A stretch of 64,000 nt of DNA from an uncultured Lachnospiraceae bacterium (lineage in GTDB: Bacteria; Bacillota; Clostridia; Lachnospirales; Lachnospiraceae), in the NCBI GenBank assembly GCA_946620695.1, contig CAMONU010000006.1, forward strand, positions 17,479-81,478, in the 5' to 3' direction. The first letter of the stretch is position 1, and every line of letters starts with the position of its first letter. Below, piece by piece: positions 1-9,004 of this stretch. Below the pieces are notes generated by a model. That model searched no databases and was not told the DNA's origin. It worked only from the letters and a program-made list of their open reading frames with translations. Made by a program: the position numbers and the translations under genes.

Positions 1-303
1 GAAGCGATTCCCGCGGACGGGAGCGATATCTGCTATGTGGAGATTGCCTTCAGGGACAAAGACGGCATCCTGAATCCGGAGGCAAAGACGCCGGTCACGG
101 TCTCCGCCGAAGGTCCCGGCATGATCCTGGGATTCGGAAGCGCGGATCCGGAATCGGAGGAAAACTTCTTTGACATGACGGCTGTACCCTTCGAGGGGCG
201 CCTGAGAGCGGCTGTCCGTGGGACAGGAGAAAAGGGCAGGATCACGGTCAGCCTTTGTGCTGAAGGCATGGATCCGGTGAAAGTGGAGATTTCCGCAGAA
301 TAA
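1..303 (+). CDS. C-terminal end of a glycoside hydrolase family 2 (beta-galactosidase-like) protein, 5'-truncated by the window edge
   Basis: Frame is open from base 1 (EAIPADGSDICYVEIAFRDKDG...GFGSADP...GRLRAAVR...G.ITVS) to TAA at 301-303; resembles the terminal Ig-like domain of GH2 enzymes. Confidence 0.7.
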   Translation, partial: EAIPADGSDICYVEIAFRDKDGILNPEAKTPVTVSAEGPGMILGFGSADPESEENFFDMTAVPFEGRLRAAVRGTGEKGRITVSLCAEGMDPVKVEISAE

Positions 304-435
304 AGGCCGCAAGATAAAGCGCGAAGAATAGAGTGCGCAGAATAAAGTGCGCAGAATAGAGTGCGCAGAATAAAGTGCGCAGAATAAAGTGCGAAGAATA
401 AAGGGCGCAGAATAAAGAGCAACAGCATAAAGAGC
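295..435 (+). repeat. Tandem repeat, ~14-bp unit (GCGCAGAATAAAGT), about 9-10 degenerate copies
   Basis: First unit is the gene end GCA GAA TAA (A-E-stop); unit read directly from the sequence. Confidence 0.9.
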
Positions 436-442
436 ACGAAAA

Positions 443-474
443 CGGCAGCCGGGGAGCTTTCTCACCGGCTGCCG
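443..474. terminator. Hairpin between convergent genes, probable bidirectional terminator
   Basis: CGGCAGCCGG / CCGGCTGCCG 10-bp stem. Confidence 0.6.
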
Positions 475-491
475 CTGTATATACTCAGTCT

Positions 492-779
492 TTATTTCAG
501 GAAGGCTGCGTCCGCCCATCCCCACATGCTGTTAAAGCAGACATACCTGTAATAGCAGGCCATACCGTTGATGCCGCTGCCCGGGGTGATGGTGCCTTTT
601 GTGGAAACTGTATAGCCGGGGTAGAGTTTCGCGATCTCATTGTAGCTGTTATAAGCCGCTTCTGACCTGAGCGGAAGATAGGATCCTCCGCAGTCCCCCA
701 CGATCATCTGATATTCGGAAAGGCTGCCGCTTTCAGCGGAGTTCTTTTCCGCAGTGCCTGTCATATTCTTTTCTTCCAT
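492..779 (-). CDS. Small protein with a bacterial SH3 (SH3b)-like domain
   Basis: YLPLRSEAAYNSYNEIAKLYPGYTV...WGWADAAFL resembles clostridial SH3b repeats; AAGGAG RBS upstream of ATG. Confidence 0.5.
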   Translation of the reverse strand: MEEKNMTGTAEKNSAESGSLSEYQMIVGDCGGSYLPLRSEAAYNSYNEIAKLYPGYTVSTKGTITPGSGINGMACYYRYVCFNSMWGWADAAFLK

Positions 780-883
780 ATCCGATTGCTCCTTCGTTAT
801 ATATTTTGTGAAGCATTTTTTCTATTATATCCCTTTGGCCTTCCTTTGCGCAAGTATCATGGCGGATTGACGAAAATGGTGTA

Positions 884-939
884 CCGTTTCTTACGTACAG
901 GCACGACGAACCGGAACCTGATTTCAAACAGTCCGTGAA
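884..939 (-). mobile_element. Dispersed MITE/REP-like element, copy A (one arm plus core)
   Basis: Reverse complement reads TTCACGGACTGTTTGAAATCAGGTTCCGGTTCGTCGTGCCTGTACGTAAGAAACGG, matching the copies at 13633, 17516 and 59299. Confidence 0.8.
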
Positions 940-1141
940 GGCTGACAAAATGTTGATTATTGCGAATAATTGAGCAAGAATTATGCTTTTTTCCAACAAA
1001 GAAATGTGGTATATTATTAAAAAAGTCCGTCGTTTTAGACAATAGTATCGACGCTTTCCCGTCTTTATCCGGGAATCTGCAGAAACGGCGGAGACGCTGC
1101 AGGCAGTCGGAGCATATCTGTGAGGGAAAGGAGTGGAGGAT

Positions 1142-2095
1142 ATGGCTTCACCAAGAGCCAACAAGAACAAAGCTAAAAGCAGCATGAGTTTCGGGGCATA
1201 TATCCGCCGTTACTGGCAGCTCTATCTGCTGCTGCTTCTGCCTATGCTTTATCTGCTGATCTTTAAGTATATCCCCATGATTTACATTCAGATCGCATTT
1301 AAGAAGTACAGCATCGTACAAAGCGTATGGAAGATGCCTCTGGCGGCGAATCACGGCTTCCAGTATTTTATCCAGGCTTTCGCCGACCGGGATTTCCGCA
1401 ATGCCCTGCGCAACACGGTTGTCCTGAATCTTCTGGATCTTGTCATCGGTTTCCCGATCCCGATCATTTTCGCGATCGTCCTGAATGAACTTCCTTTCCA
1501 GAAATTTAAAAAATTTACCCAGACAGTGGCCTACATGCCGCATTTCCTGTCCTGGGTCATTATCTATGGACTGGCCCTGCAGCTTTTTGCACCCAGTACC
1601 GGTCTGATCAATGTGATCCTGAACAATATGGGCAGGGAGAGCGTTCCTTTCCTGAATGATTCCGCTCACTGGGTCGCGACTTATATTTTCCTGGGCGTGT
1701 GGCAGAGCTTCGGCTGGAACTCTATCGTATATCTGGCGGCCATCGCCGGCATCAACAAGGATCTCTATGAGGCCGCCGCTGTGGACGGGGCCGGGCGTTT
1801 CCAGAGAATCTGGCATATTACCCTTCCCGGCATCAAGCCTACGATCGTCATTCTGCTGATCATGGCGATCGGCAACATCGTCGGAAGCAATTTCGACCGT
1901 CCCTATGCGTTGCAGAACAACCTGGTTATGGACTGGGCAAACGTGATTGCCACCTATGTCTACAGGCGAGGCATCAAGGGACTGCAGTTCTCGCTGACGA
2001 CGGCGGTCGGCTTCTTCCAGTCTGTGGTCGGCGTATTTTTCCTGCTCGGCGCCAACTGGCTTTCCCGCAAGCTTGGCGAGCGCGGACTCTGGTAA
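1142..2095 (+). CDS. Carbohydrate ABC transporter permease (LplB/YteP-like)
   Basis: Multiple TM segments, EAA loop LYEAAAVDGAGRFQRIWHITLP; GGAGGA RBS before ATG 1142. Confidence 0.93.
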   Translation: MASPRANKNKAKSSMSFGAYIRRYWQLYLLLLLPMLYLLIFKYIPMIYIQIAFKKYSIVQSVWKMPLAANHGFQYFIQAFADRDFRNALRNTVVLNLLDLVIGFPIPIIFAIVLNELPFQKFKKFTQTVAYMPHFLSWVIIYGLALQLFAPSTGLINVILNNMGRESVPFLNDSAHWVATYIFLGVWQSFGWNSIVYLAAIAGINKDLYEAAAVDGAGRFQRIWHITLPGIKPTIVILLIMAIGNIVGSNFDRPYALQNNLVMDWANVIATYVYRRGIKGLQFSLTTAVGFFQSVVGVFFLLGANWLSRKLGERGLW

Positions 2096-2107
2096 GGGGG
2101 TGAGCTG

Positions 2108-2977
2108 ATGGGTACAGAAAAAAAATGGAGTATCGGCAATATTATTCTGGTGATCGTCTGCCTCCTGATCTGCGCAATCTGCCTGGTTCCCATGCTCAGC
2201 CTTCTGGCAAGGTCTTTAAGTTCTTCGGACGCGCTGGTCAAGCATGAGGTCTATCTGCTCCCCAAGGGGCTGAATTTCCAGGCTTACGCGCTGGTTCTGA
2301 AGGATGCGAAATATATCCGCGCATTCTTCTGGACCGTATTCCTGACCGTCGCGGAGACCCTGCTCTGCCTGTTCATGACGACGATCTGCGCGTATCCGCT
2401 CATCTTCAAGGAGCTGAAAGGGCGCAATGTATTCAATGTCATTATCACCATCACGATGTTCTTCAACGCGGGAACCATTCCCAATTATCTGCTGATGAAG
2501 AGCCTCGGACTTCTGGACAATCCGCTGGTTCTGCTTCTTCCGGGCGCCCTTTCGGTCTATAACATGATCATCATGCGGAGCTTCTTCTACGGGATCCCGG
2601 ATTCCCTCAGGGAGGCGGCCCAGATTGACGGAGCCAGCTATATCAAGATCCTGTGGACCATCTATGTGCCGCTGTCCAAGCCGGTTATGGCTACACTGGC
2701 CCTTTTCTACGCGGTGGGCCGCTGGAACGGCTACTACGATGCCCTGATGTACATTACCGACAATAAGTTTTACCCCCTGCAGCTGCTTCTGTACAACATC
2801 CTGAACAATATCAACAGTGTTGAAGTGGCGACGCAGGAAGGCTTCTCATCTCCGGGCCTGACAGAGTCGCTGAAGATGGCGATCGTCATGTTCTCGACGA
2901 TCCCGATCCTGTGCATTTACCCGTGGCTGCAGAAATACTTCATCCACGGCGTCATGGTCGGAGCGGTTAAGGAGTGA
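2108..2977 (+). CDS. Carbohydrate ABC transporter permease (LplC/YtcP-like)
   Basis: EAA loop LREAAQIDGAS, WNGYYDAL, YPWLQKYF motifs. Confidence 0.93.
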   Translation: MGTEKKWSIGNIILVIVCLLICAICLVPMLSLLARSLSSSDALVKHEVYLLPKGLNFQAYALVLKDAKYIRAFFWTVFLTVAETLLCLFMTTICAYPLIFKELKGRNVFNVIITITMFFNAGTIPNYLLMKSLGLLDNPLVLLLPGALSVYNMIIMRSFFYGIPDSLREAAQIDGASYIKILWTIYVPLSKPVMATLALFYAVGRWNGYYDALMYITDNKFYPLQLLLYNILNNINSVEVATQEGFSSPGLTESLKMAIVMFSTIPILCIYPWLQKYFIHGVMVGAVKE

Positions 2978-3066
2978 AGAATCATGAGTCATAACCCCTG
3001 CGGGGGAATTATGCGATAAAGAGCAGCAGCAAAAGGAACGAGATTCTATCAAGGAGGACGAAAGGT

Positions 3067-4686
3067 ATGAAAAAACAGCTTTTAGCGGCACTTTTTTCAG
3101 CAGCGCTTGCGGCGTCGGCATTTTCAGTATGCGCTCAGGCGGAGGAACTGACCGACGGAAAATTCGCGGAGACGAAGCACATTACCGTCGAAGTCTATGA
3201 CCGCGGAATTGACGGCGGATCTGATGTGACCAACAACATGTATACTGAGTATATCAAGAAGGGCATGCTTGAAGATCACAATGTGGAGGTTGAGTTTGTC
3301 GCTGTTCCCAGATGGACCGAGGTTGAACAGATCAACAACCTGCTGGCGGCGGGAAGTGCCCCGGATCTCTGCGTAACCTATGACCTGCCTACCATCAAGA
3401 CTTATTCCGCGATGGGCGGCGTCATCGACATGAGTGAAATGGTGGAGACTTACAGGGATGAGCTGCCGAATCTCTGGAACTGGCTGACCGAGACCAATAT
3501 CTACTGGGACAAGGATCCGGGAACCGGAGAGCTTTACGATATCGAGACCAAGCTCGCCAACCAGAACCGTACGAACTGCTTTGTCCGCAGAGACTGGCTG
3601 GATAAGCTGGGCATCGAAGCTCCGACCACAAGGGAAGAGTTCTACAACATGCTCTGCGCTTTCCGTGATAATGCGGAGACTCTGCTCGGCGATGACGCCG
3701 ACAAGATGATTCCTTTCTCCGTCAGCTATGACGTAGGCTGGAGAGCATCCACTCTGATCGAGTCCTTCCTGGATCCGGAGATGTCCGACAAGGAATTCTA
3801 TGTAAACGGCTTTGACGACAGAAAAACGACCCAGAATGGCGTGAGAGATGCCATCGAACTTCTGAATACCTGGTACAACGAAGGCCTTATGTGGAAAGAT
3901 TTCGCTCTTTACACCGCCGGCGATACCACAGAGGATGACATGATGAAAGCCGGCTATGTCGGCGCATTCATCCACAACTGGGATTATCCTTACAGAAACG
4001 GCGCGGATTCCATCCAGGCCAACCTTCAGAGACTGGTCGGTGAAGACGCCGCTTATGTGGCAATCGATCCGTTTGAGGACAAGAACGGAACCCATACAAA
4101 ATGGATCGCGGGACCGGTTGACAGAAAAGTATTCTTCCCGATCACCAACGAAGAGCCTCTGGCCTGCCTGCTTTACCTTGACTGGCTGAGCGTTCCGGAG
4201 CATCTGGAATATCTCCAGATCGGTGATGAGGGCGTGACCCATGAGAAGCTTGAGAACGGAGCAGTGAAGATCCTCGCCGCGACAGGCGACGCGATCCAGA
4301 ATTCCGGCTTCAATATCGACTATACGCTGACCTGCAACGGCCTGCATCTGGTCGATGACGAGCAGACCGCTCTGTCCATCGCTTACAGCTACGCGGAAGT
4401 GGATCCGGAGCTGGTTGAGATCGCGAATGCGGTGGCAAAGGTTGATACCCGCGAGGCCAAGAATGCGAACTGCGGAACCATCGAAGCGGAAAACGGCATG
4501 ACCGAGACCCTGAACAGCAAGAGAGACATCCTTCTGGATACCTCTGTCAGCGCGGCACCGGATGCTTTCGCGGCTACCTTCGACAATGCGATGGCGGATT
4601 ATCTCGGATCCGGCGGACAGGCGATCATGGACGAGCGTGCCCAGAAATGGGAGGCAACCTACGGCGATGCGGATATGCTTCCGTAA
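3067..4686 (+). CDS. Carbohydrate ABC transporter extracellular solute-binding protein
   Basis: Signal peptide, acidic 539-aa protein, RRDWLDKLGIEAPTTREEFYNML motif typical of LplA-type SBPs; follows two permeases. Confidence 0.9.
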   Translation: MKKQLLAALFSAALAASAFSVCAQAEELTDGKFAETKHITVEVYDRGIDGGSDVTNNMYTEYIKKGMLEDHNVEVEFVAVPRWTEVEQINNLLAAGSAPDLCVTYDLPTIKTYSAMGGVIDMSEMVETYRDELPNLWNWLTETNIYWDKDPGTGELYDIETKLANQNRTNCFVRRDWLDKLGIEAPTTREEFYNMLCAFRDNAETLLGDDADKMIPFSVSYDVGWRASTLIESFLDPEMSDKEFYVNGFDDRKTTQNGVRDAIELLNTWYNEGLMWKDFALYTAGDTTEDDMMKAGYVGAFIHNWDYPYRNGADSIQANLQRLVGEDAAYVAIDPFEDKNGTHTKWIAGPVDRKVFFPITNEEPLACLLYLDWLSVPEHLEYLQIGDEGVTHEKLENGAVKILAATGDAIQNSGFNIDYTLTCNGLHLVDDEQTALSIAYSYAEVDPELVEIANAVAKVDTREAKNANCGTIEAENGMTETLNSKRDILLDTSVSAAPDAFAATFDNAMADYLGSGGQAIMDERAQKWEATYGDADMLP

Positions 4687-4765
4687 GAATTCCGGAAACG
4701 GGGCTTCTGAACGATAACAGATCAGAGCTCTGATACAGCTCTGTGCCTGCTGTTCTTTTATGCAG

Positions 4766-4796
4766 AGGGGTCTGCGCCTGTGCGCAGACTCCTTTT
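4766..4796 (+). terminator. Intrinsic terminator after SBP gene
   Basis: AGGGGTCTGCGC / GCGCAGACTCCT stem followed by TTTT. Confidence 0.7.
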
Positions 4797-4800
4797 GTAC

Positions 4801-4900
4801 GTTTCATGTGTCTGTGTTTCCGTGTTTGCGTTTCTGTGTTCGGGTTTCCTGTGCTTGCGTCTCTGTGTTCGGGTTTTCTGTGTCCGCGTTTCCTGTGTCT
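4801..4900. repeat. GT-rich degenerate tandem repeat, ~29-bp period
   Basis: CTGTGTTCGGGTTT at 4834 and 4863, with further degenerate units on both sides. Confidence 0.7.
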
Positions 4901-4958
4901 GGCACAGTTTTTTTCCGGGCCGTTTCTTTTGTTGAAGCAGGCGGTTTTTTGATATAAA

Positions 4959-6719
4959 ATGATCTGCGTGAAAGCGCCGGTTTACGGCATTTCACAGAAG
5001 AAAGAGAGCAGAAGGGAGACAGCACCCTTGGATAGTTATAAACAAAAAGAGCATCTGAATTATCCGGAGAAGACGCTGACGCAGATGGTCGAGGCCATGG
5101 CGGAGCAGTATCCGGAAGAGCCCGCGTATGAGTTTTACGGAAAAAAGACTTCCTACAGAAGCTTTGCAGACCGGATTCACCGTGCGGCGAAGGCATTTCT
5201 CGCAGCCGGAATCAGGCGGGATGACGCGGTTACCATCTGCATGCCGAATGTACCGCAGGCCATTGACTGTTTCTACGCCCTGAACCGGATCGGCGCGGTG
5301 GCCAATATGGTGCATCCCCTGTCCGCTGAAAAGGAGATCACATTCTATCTCAATATCTCTGAAAGCCGTATGATCCTGACCATGGACATGTTTACGGAGA
5401 AGGTGGAGCGGGCGGTCGCGGAAGCGGATCATCCGGTCACAGTCCTGGTTGCCAGGATGCAGGAGGAACTTCCGCTGCACCTTGCGGGGCTTTATACGCT
5501 GAAAGCAGGCCTGCAGTACCTGAAATTTCCGAATACAGACCATGCCATTCTCTGGAATAAATTTTTAAGAAGCGGTGAAGGCCAGGTTCTTCCGGAACCG
5601 GTTTTCGACCGGGAGCATACTTCCGTGATTCTCTATTCGGGCGGGACCAGCGGGACACCGAAGGGAATCTGCCTGTCCGACTACAATATCAACGCCTGCG
5701 CTCTCCAGGCCCGTGAGGCGATGGGGGAGGTGTTCCGGCCGGGATTGAAGATGCTCAGCTGCATGCCCCTGTTCCATGGCTTCGGACTGGGTATCAACAT
5801 TCATACCGTCCTGATCCATGGTGTCTGCTGCCTGCTGATGCCTTCTTTTAACAATAAAAGTTACGCGCAGGCCATGATCCGGAAGAAGCCGAATTTTCTC
5901 GCGGGCGTGCCGACCATCTATGAAGCCCTTCTGCATATCCCGGAGCTGGAGGGTCAGGACCTGAGTTTTCTGCTCGGAATGTTCTGCGGGGGAGATTCCC
6001 TGTCCGTGGAACTGAAAAAGAAGATGGACCGCTTCCTGAAAGCGCACGGAGCGGGGATCCAGATCCGGGAAGGCTATGGTCTGACGGAATGCGTCACGGC
6101 GAGCTGCCTGACGCCGAAAGGAACCTACCGGGAGGGCAGTATCGGCCTTCCTTTCCCGGATACCGAATACCGGATCGTAAAGCCGGGTACCGACCAGCTG
6201 ATGCCGCCCGGGGAAGAGGGGGAGATTATTCTGACCGGCCCGTCCGTGATGCTGGGCTACCTGAAAAATCCTGAGGAGACCGCAGAGACGCTCCGCGTTC
6301 TTTCTGACGGGAAACGCTGGCTTTATACGGGCGATCTGGGACATATGGATGAAGATGGATATGTGTATTTCCGCCAGCGCCTGAAGCGGATGATCATTAC
6401 CAACGGCTACAATGTATATCCGGGCCAGCTTGAGAATATCATCGACAGCCTGGAGGAGGTCTCCATCTCCTGCGTGATCGGGGTTCCGGATCAGCGGAGA
6501 ATGCAGCGGGTGAAAGCTTTTGTAGTCCTGAAGGACGGCTGCGAACCGTCGGATGCCCTGAAGGAAAAGATCATGGATACGCTCCGGCTTCATATTGCGA
6601 AATATGCGCTGCCCAGGGAGATCGAGTTCCGCAGTGTACTGCCGAAGACTCTGGTGGGCAAAGTGGCCTTCCGGAAACTGGAGGAAGAGGAAGCGCAGAA
6701 AACCCGGCAGAAGCAGTGA
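4959..6719 (+). CDS. Long-chain acyl-CoA synthetase / AMP-dependent ligase
   Basis: YSGGTSGTPKG (AMP-binding), EGYGLTE, YTGDLG, PKTLVGK motifs; true start may be TTG 5028 (GGGAG RBS). Confidence 0.9.
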   Translation: MICVKAPVYGISQKKESRRETAPLDSYKQKEHLNYPEKTLTQMVEAMAEQYPEEPAYEFYGKKTSYRSFADRIHRAAKAFLAAGIRRDDAVTICMPNVPQAIDCFYALNRIGAVANMVHPLSAEKEITFYLNISESRMILTMDMFTEKVERAVAEADHPVTVLVARMQEELPLHLAGLYTLKAGLQYLKFPNTDHAILWNKFLRSGEGQVLPEPVFDREHTSVILYSGGTSGTPKGICLSDYNINACALQAREAMGEVFRPGLKMLSCMPLFHGFGLGINIHTVLIHGVCCLLMPSFNNKSYAQAMIRKKPNFLAGVPTIYEALLHIPELEGQDLSFLLGMFCGGDSLSVELKKKMDRFLKAHGAGIQIREGYGLTECVTASCLTPKGTYREGSIGLPFPDTEYRIVKPGTDQLMPPGEEGEIILTGPSVMLGYLKNPEETAETLRVLSDGKRWLYTGDLGHMDEDGYVYFRQRLKRMIITNGYNVYPGQLENIIDSLEEVSISCVIGVPDQRRMQRVKAFVVLKDGCEPSDALKEKIMDTLRLHIAKYALPREIEFRSVLPKTLVGKVAFRKLEEEEAQKTRQKQ

Positions 6720-6860
6720 TGCCGCGGGATATCTTTTAAGAGTCGACAGAATCAAATAATGCCGCGGGATATCTTTTAAGAGTTCGACAGAATCAAATAA
6801 ATGCCGCGGGGGATATGTTTAAGGGTATTGAAGCGCTTAGAAGCGCCGCGGGGATATAAG
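6719..6860 (+). repeat. Tandem repeat, 40-42-bp unit, two near-perfect plus two decayed copies
   Basis: ATGCCGCGGGATATCTTTTAAGAGTCGACAGAATCAAATA at 6719 and 6759; decayed starts at 6801 and 6845; begins on the ligase stop codon. Confidence 0.9.
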
Positions 6861-6881
6861 AAAATATGGGAGAGCAGAGTT

Positions 6882-7778
6882 ATGAGCATACATGCATTTA
6901 AGCGGAAAAGTGTCAAAGACCGTCCGGATGGAAAATATGTCAGGGATATCACGGGAATTCAGGCGCTCATGATGAATATCTATCCGAACCGGACGGATTC
7001 GGAGGTGTATCTGTCTGATCAGTTCGACGCTACGGAGCTGCTGAAATATCTGGAAAAGAAAAACGCGGAACATCCGGATTATAAGACGACCCTTTTCCAC
7101 TGCGCCTTGACTGCTCTTGCCAGAATGGTGAAGGAACGCCCGTATCTGAATCGTTTTATTCAGGGCAGGCGCATGTACCAGCGATATGAGATCAGCCTGA
7201 GTTTCGTGGCAAAGCGCTTTTTTAAGGATGGCGCGGAGGAAGCTCTGATGGTTCTGACGCCCTCCGATGAGGATACCCTGGATTCCATCAGCCGTCAGAT
7301 CGTGGGCGACGTGACGCAGATGAGAAAGAACCCGGCAAAGAAGACCGGGAGCGACGCGGTCATTGACAACCTGGCAAAGCTTCCGAGACCTTTGCTGATG
7401 CTGGTCAGCAAGCTGATCCGGATCCTGGATTTCTGGGGACATCTGCCTCATTTTGTCTGGGAGACCGACGTTAATTACTCCACGATCCTGGCCAGCAATC
7501 TGGGCTCGATCAAATGCCCGAGCGTGTATCACCATCTGAACAATTACGGGACCAATTCCATCATGGTTACCATCGGAACCCTCCACAAGGAGCAGGTGCT
7601 GATGCCGGACGGCAGCGTGCAGGTCCGGGACATGATCGATATCGGGGCAACTCTGGACGAGCGGATCGCCGACGGCTTTTATTTTGCAAGAAGCCTGAAG
7701 CTGATCAAGTATATCTTTGAAAATCCGGAGATTCTGGAGCAGCCCATCGGGACGCCTTCCGGCTTTGAATATAAATAA
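6882..7778 (+). CDS. Stand-alone 2-oxoacid dehydrogenase E2-like (CAT-fold) acyltransferase domain protein
   Basis: SNLGSI and DERIADG (variant of DHRxxDG) motifs; no lipoyl domain; ATG 6882 chosen over 6801, which lies inside the repeat. Confidence 0.7.
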   Translation: MSIHAFKRKSVKDRPDGKYVRDITGIQALMMNIYPNRTDSEVYLSDQFDATELLKYLEKKNAEHPDYKTTLFHCALTALARMVKERPYLNRFIQGRRMYQRYEISLSFVAKRFFKDGAEEALMVLTPSDEDTLDSISRQIVGDVTQMRKNPAKKTGSDAVIDNLAKLPRPLLMLVSKLIRILDFWGHLPHFVWETDVNYSTILASNLGSIKCPSVYHHLNNYGTNSIMVTIGTLHKEQVLMPDGSVQVRDMIDIGATLDERIADGFYFARSLKLIKYIFENPEILEQPIGTPSGFEYK

Positions 7779-7871
7779 AGCTTTTTCGGAGAATCGATTT
7801 TGCCGGGAGGGGAGAAGGGCTTCAGATCTTTCACGGTGTTTGAAAAAGTTTTTTTGGAAATGGCAGGAAAT

Positions 7872-8870
7872 ATGAGAAGAAAGATTTATGTTGTATCAAT
7901 TATGCTGGCCGCTGCCCTGTCCGGTTTTACACCTTCCTGCTTCAGCCTGAATGCGGCTGAAACGGAAATCGGACAGGAAAATGCTGTTGTCTCTGAAAAG
8001 AATTCAGAGAAGGCCAGGGTCAGTTACCTGGGCCCTGCCGGAACCTATACCGAGGAAGCCGCGCAGTTTTTCTTTCCGGAAGCGTCGGAGTTCCTCCCCG
8101 AAAGCACCGTCCCTGAGGCGATTGCGGACGCTGTGGAAGGAAGGTCGGATTATGCGGTCATTCCGCAGGAAAATACGCTGGGAGGCGCGGTAACAAATTA
8201 TATTGACGCCCTCATTGCCAGCGAAGACGTATATGTCGTCGGGGAAGTGATCCTGCCGATCAGCCAGACGCTGATGGGACTTCCGGGGGCCTCTCTTGAT
8301 GAGATCCGTCTTGTCTGTTCCCATGCCCAGGGAATCAAGCAGAGCGAAACCTGGAGGAAAGAACATCTGCCGGATGCGGATACGCAGGAGATGGACAGCA
8401 CGGCCGCGGCGGCAAGTTATGTCGCAGAGAGCAAAGATCAGACGATAGCCGCGGTTGCCGCCCCGGGTGCGGCGAAGCTGTACGGTCTTTCTGTCCTGGC
8501 GGAGAATGTGCAGATTACGGATGCGAATAAGACCCGTTTTTATGTGCTCTCATCCTCACGGCCGGAGTCTGAAAACCACACGCATGCAGTCTTTGTTGCT
8601 TCCTGTGAGGCAAACAGAATAGATGATATCATCGTGGAGATTCATAACAGCGGGCTGGAATTTGTTACGATCCATGACCGGCCGGAAGGAAGTTATCTGG
8701 GCAGTTACCGTTATATCATCGAACTGGAAGACGAGGATGGAATCACGGAAGATGAACTGGCAGTGATTGAAGAAATTCCCGAACTGCGCTGCCTGGGAAG
8801 TTTTGACATGGTGGAGAAACAGAGTCGTTCTGCTGAAGAAAAAGAAGAGGAGCAGAATCCCGCAGGCTGA
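7872..8870 (+). CDS. pheA: Prephenate dehydratase (PheA-type, PDT plus ACT-like domain) with N-terminal signal peptide
   Basis: YLGPAGTYTEEAA, PQENTLGG, SHAQGIKQ, STAAAA, NKTRFYVL motifs; MRRK plus hydrophobic stretch plus LNA/AE at the N-terminus. Confidence 0.8.
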   Translation: MRRKIYVVSIMLAAALSGFTPSCFSLNAAETEIGQENAVVSEKNSEKARVSYLGPAGTYTEEAAQFFFPEASEFLPESTVPEAIADAVEGRSDYAVIPQENTLGGAVTNYIDALIASEDVYVVGEVILPISQTLMGLPGASLDEIRLVCSHAQGIKQSETWRKEHLPDADTQEMDSTAAAASYVAESKDQTIAAVAAPGAAKLYGLSVLAENVQITDANKTRFYVLSSSRPESENHTHAVFVASCEANRIDDIIVEIHNSGLEFVTIHDRPEGSYLGSYRYIIELEDEDGITEDELAVIEEIPELRCLGSFDMVEKQSRSAEEKEEEQNPAG

Positions 8871-9004
8871 TGAGCTGCCGGGAAACTGCCGGGAACGGAG
8901 ATAGAAATACGGCATAACCAGAATCAGTCTGATTATGCCGTTCTTTTTTTGAAACGCTGTCTGATTCAGAATATCCGGAACCAGACTTTCCGAACCGGAG
9001 TTTT

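Noticed and set aside
33-437. ORFs with repeated peptides (33-437 ALYSAH, 4804-5196, 28099-28404, 42007-42301, 46068-47402 AASAIYTAVGP, 58066-58512, 61335-61664)
   Set aside because: The peptide repeats are translations of the intergenic tandem arrays; no RBS or domain support
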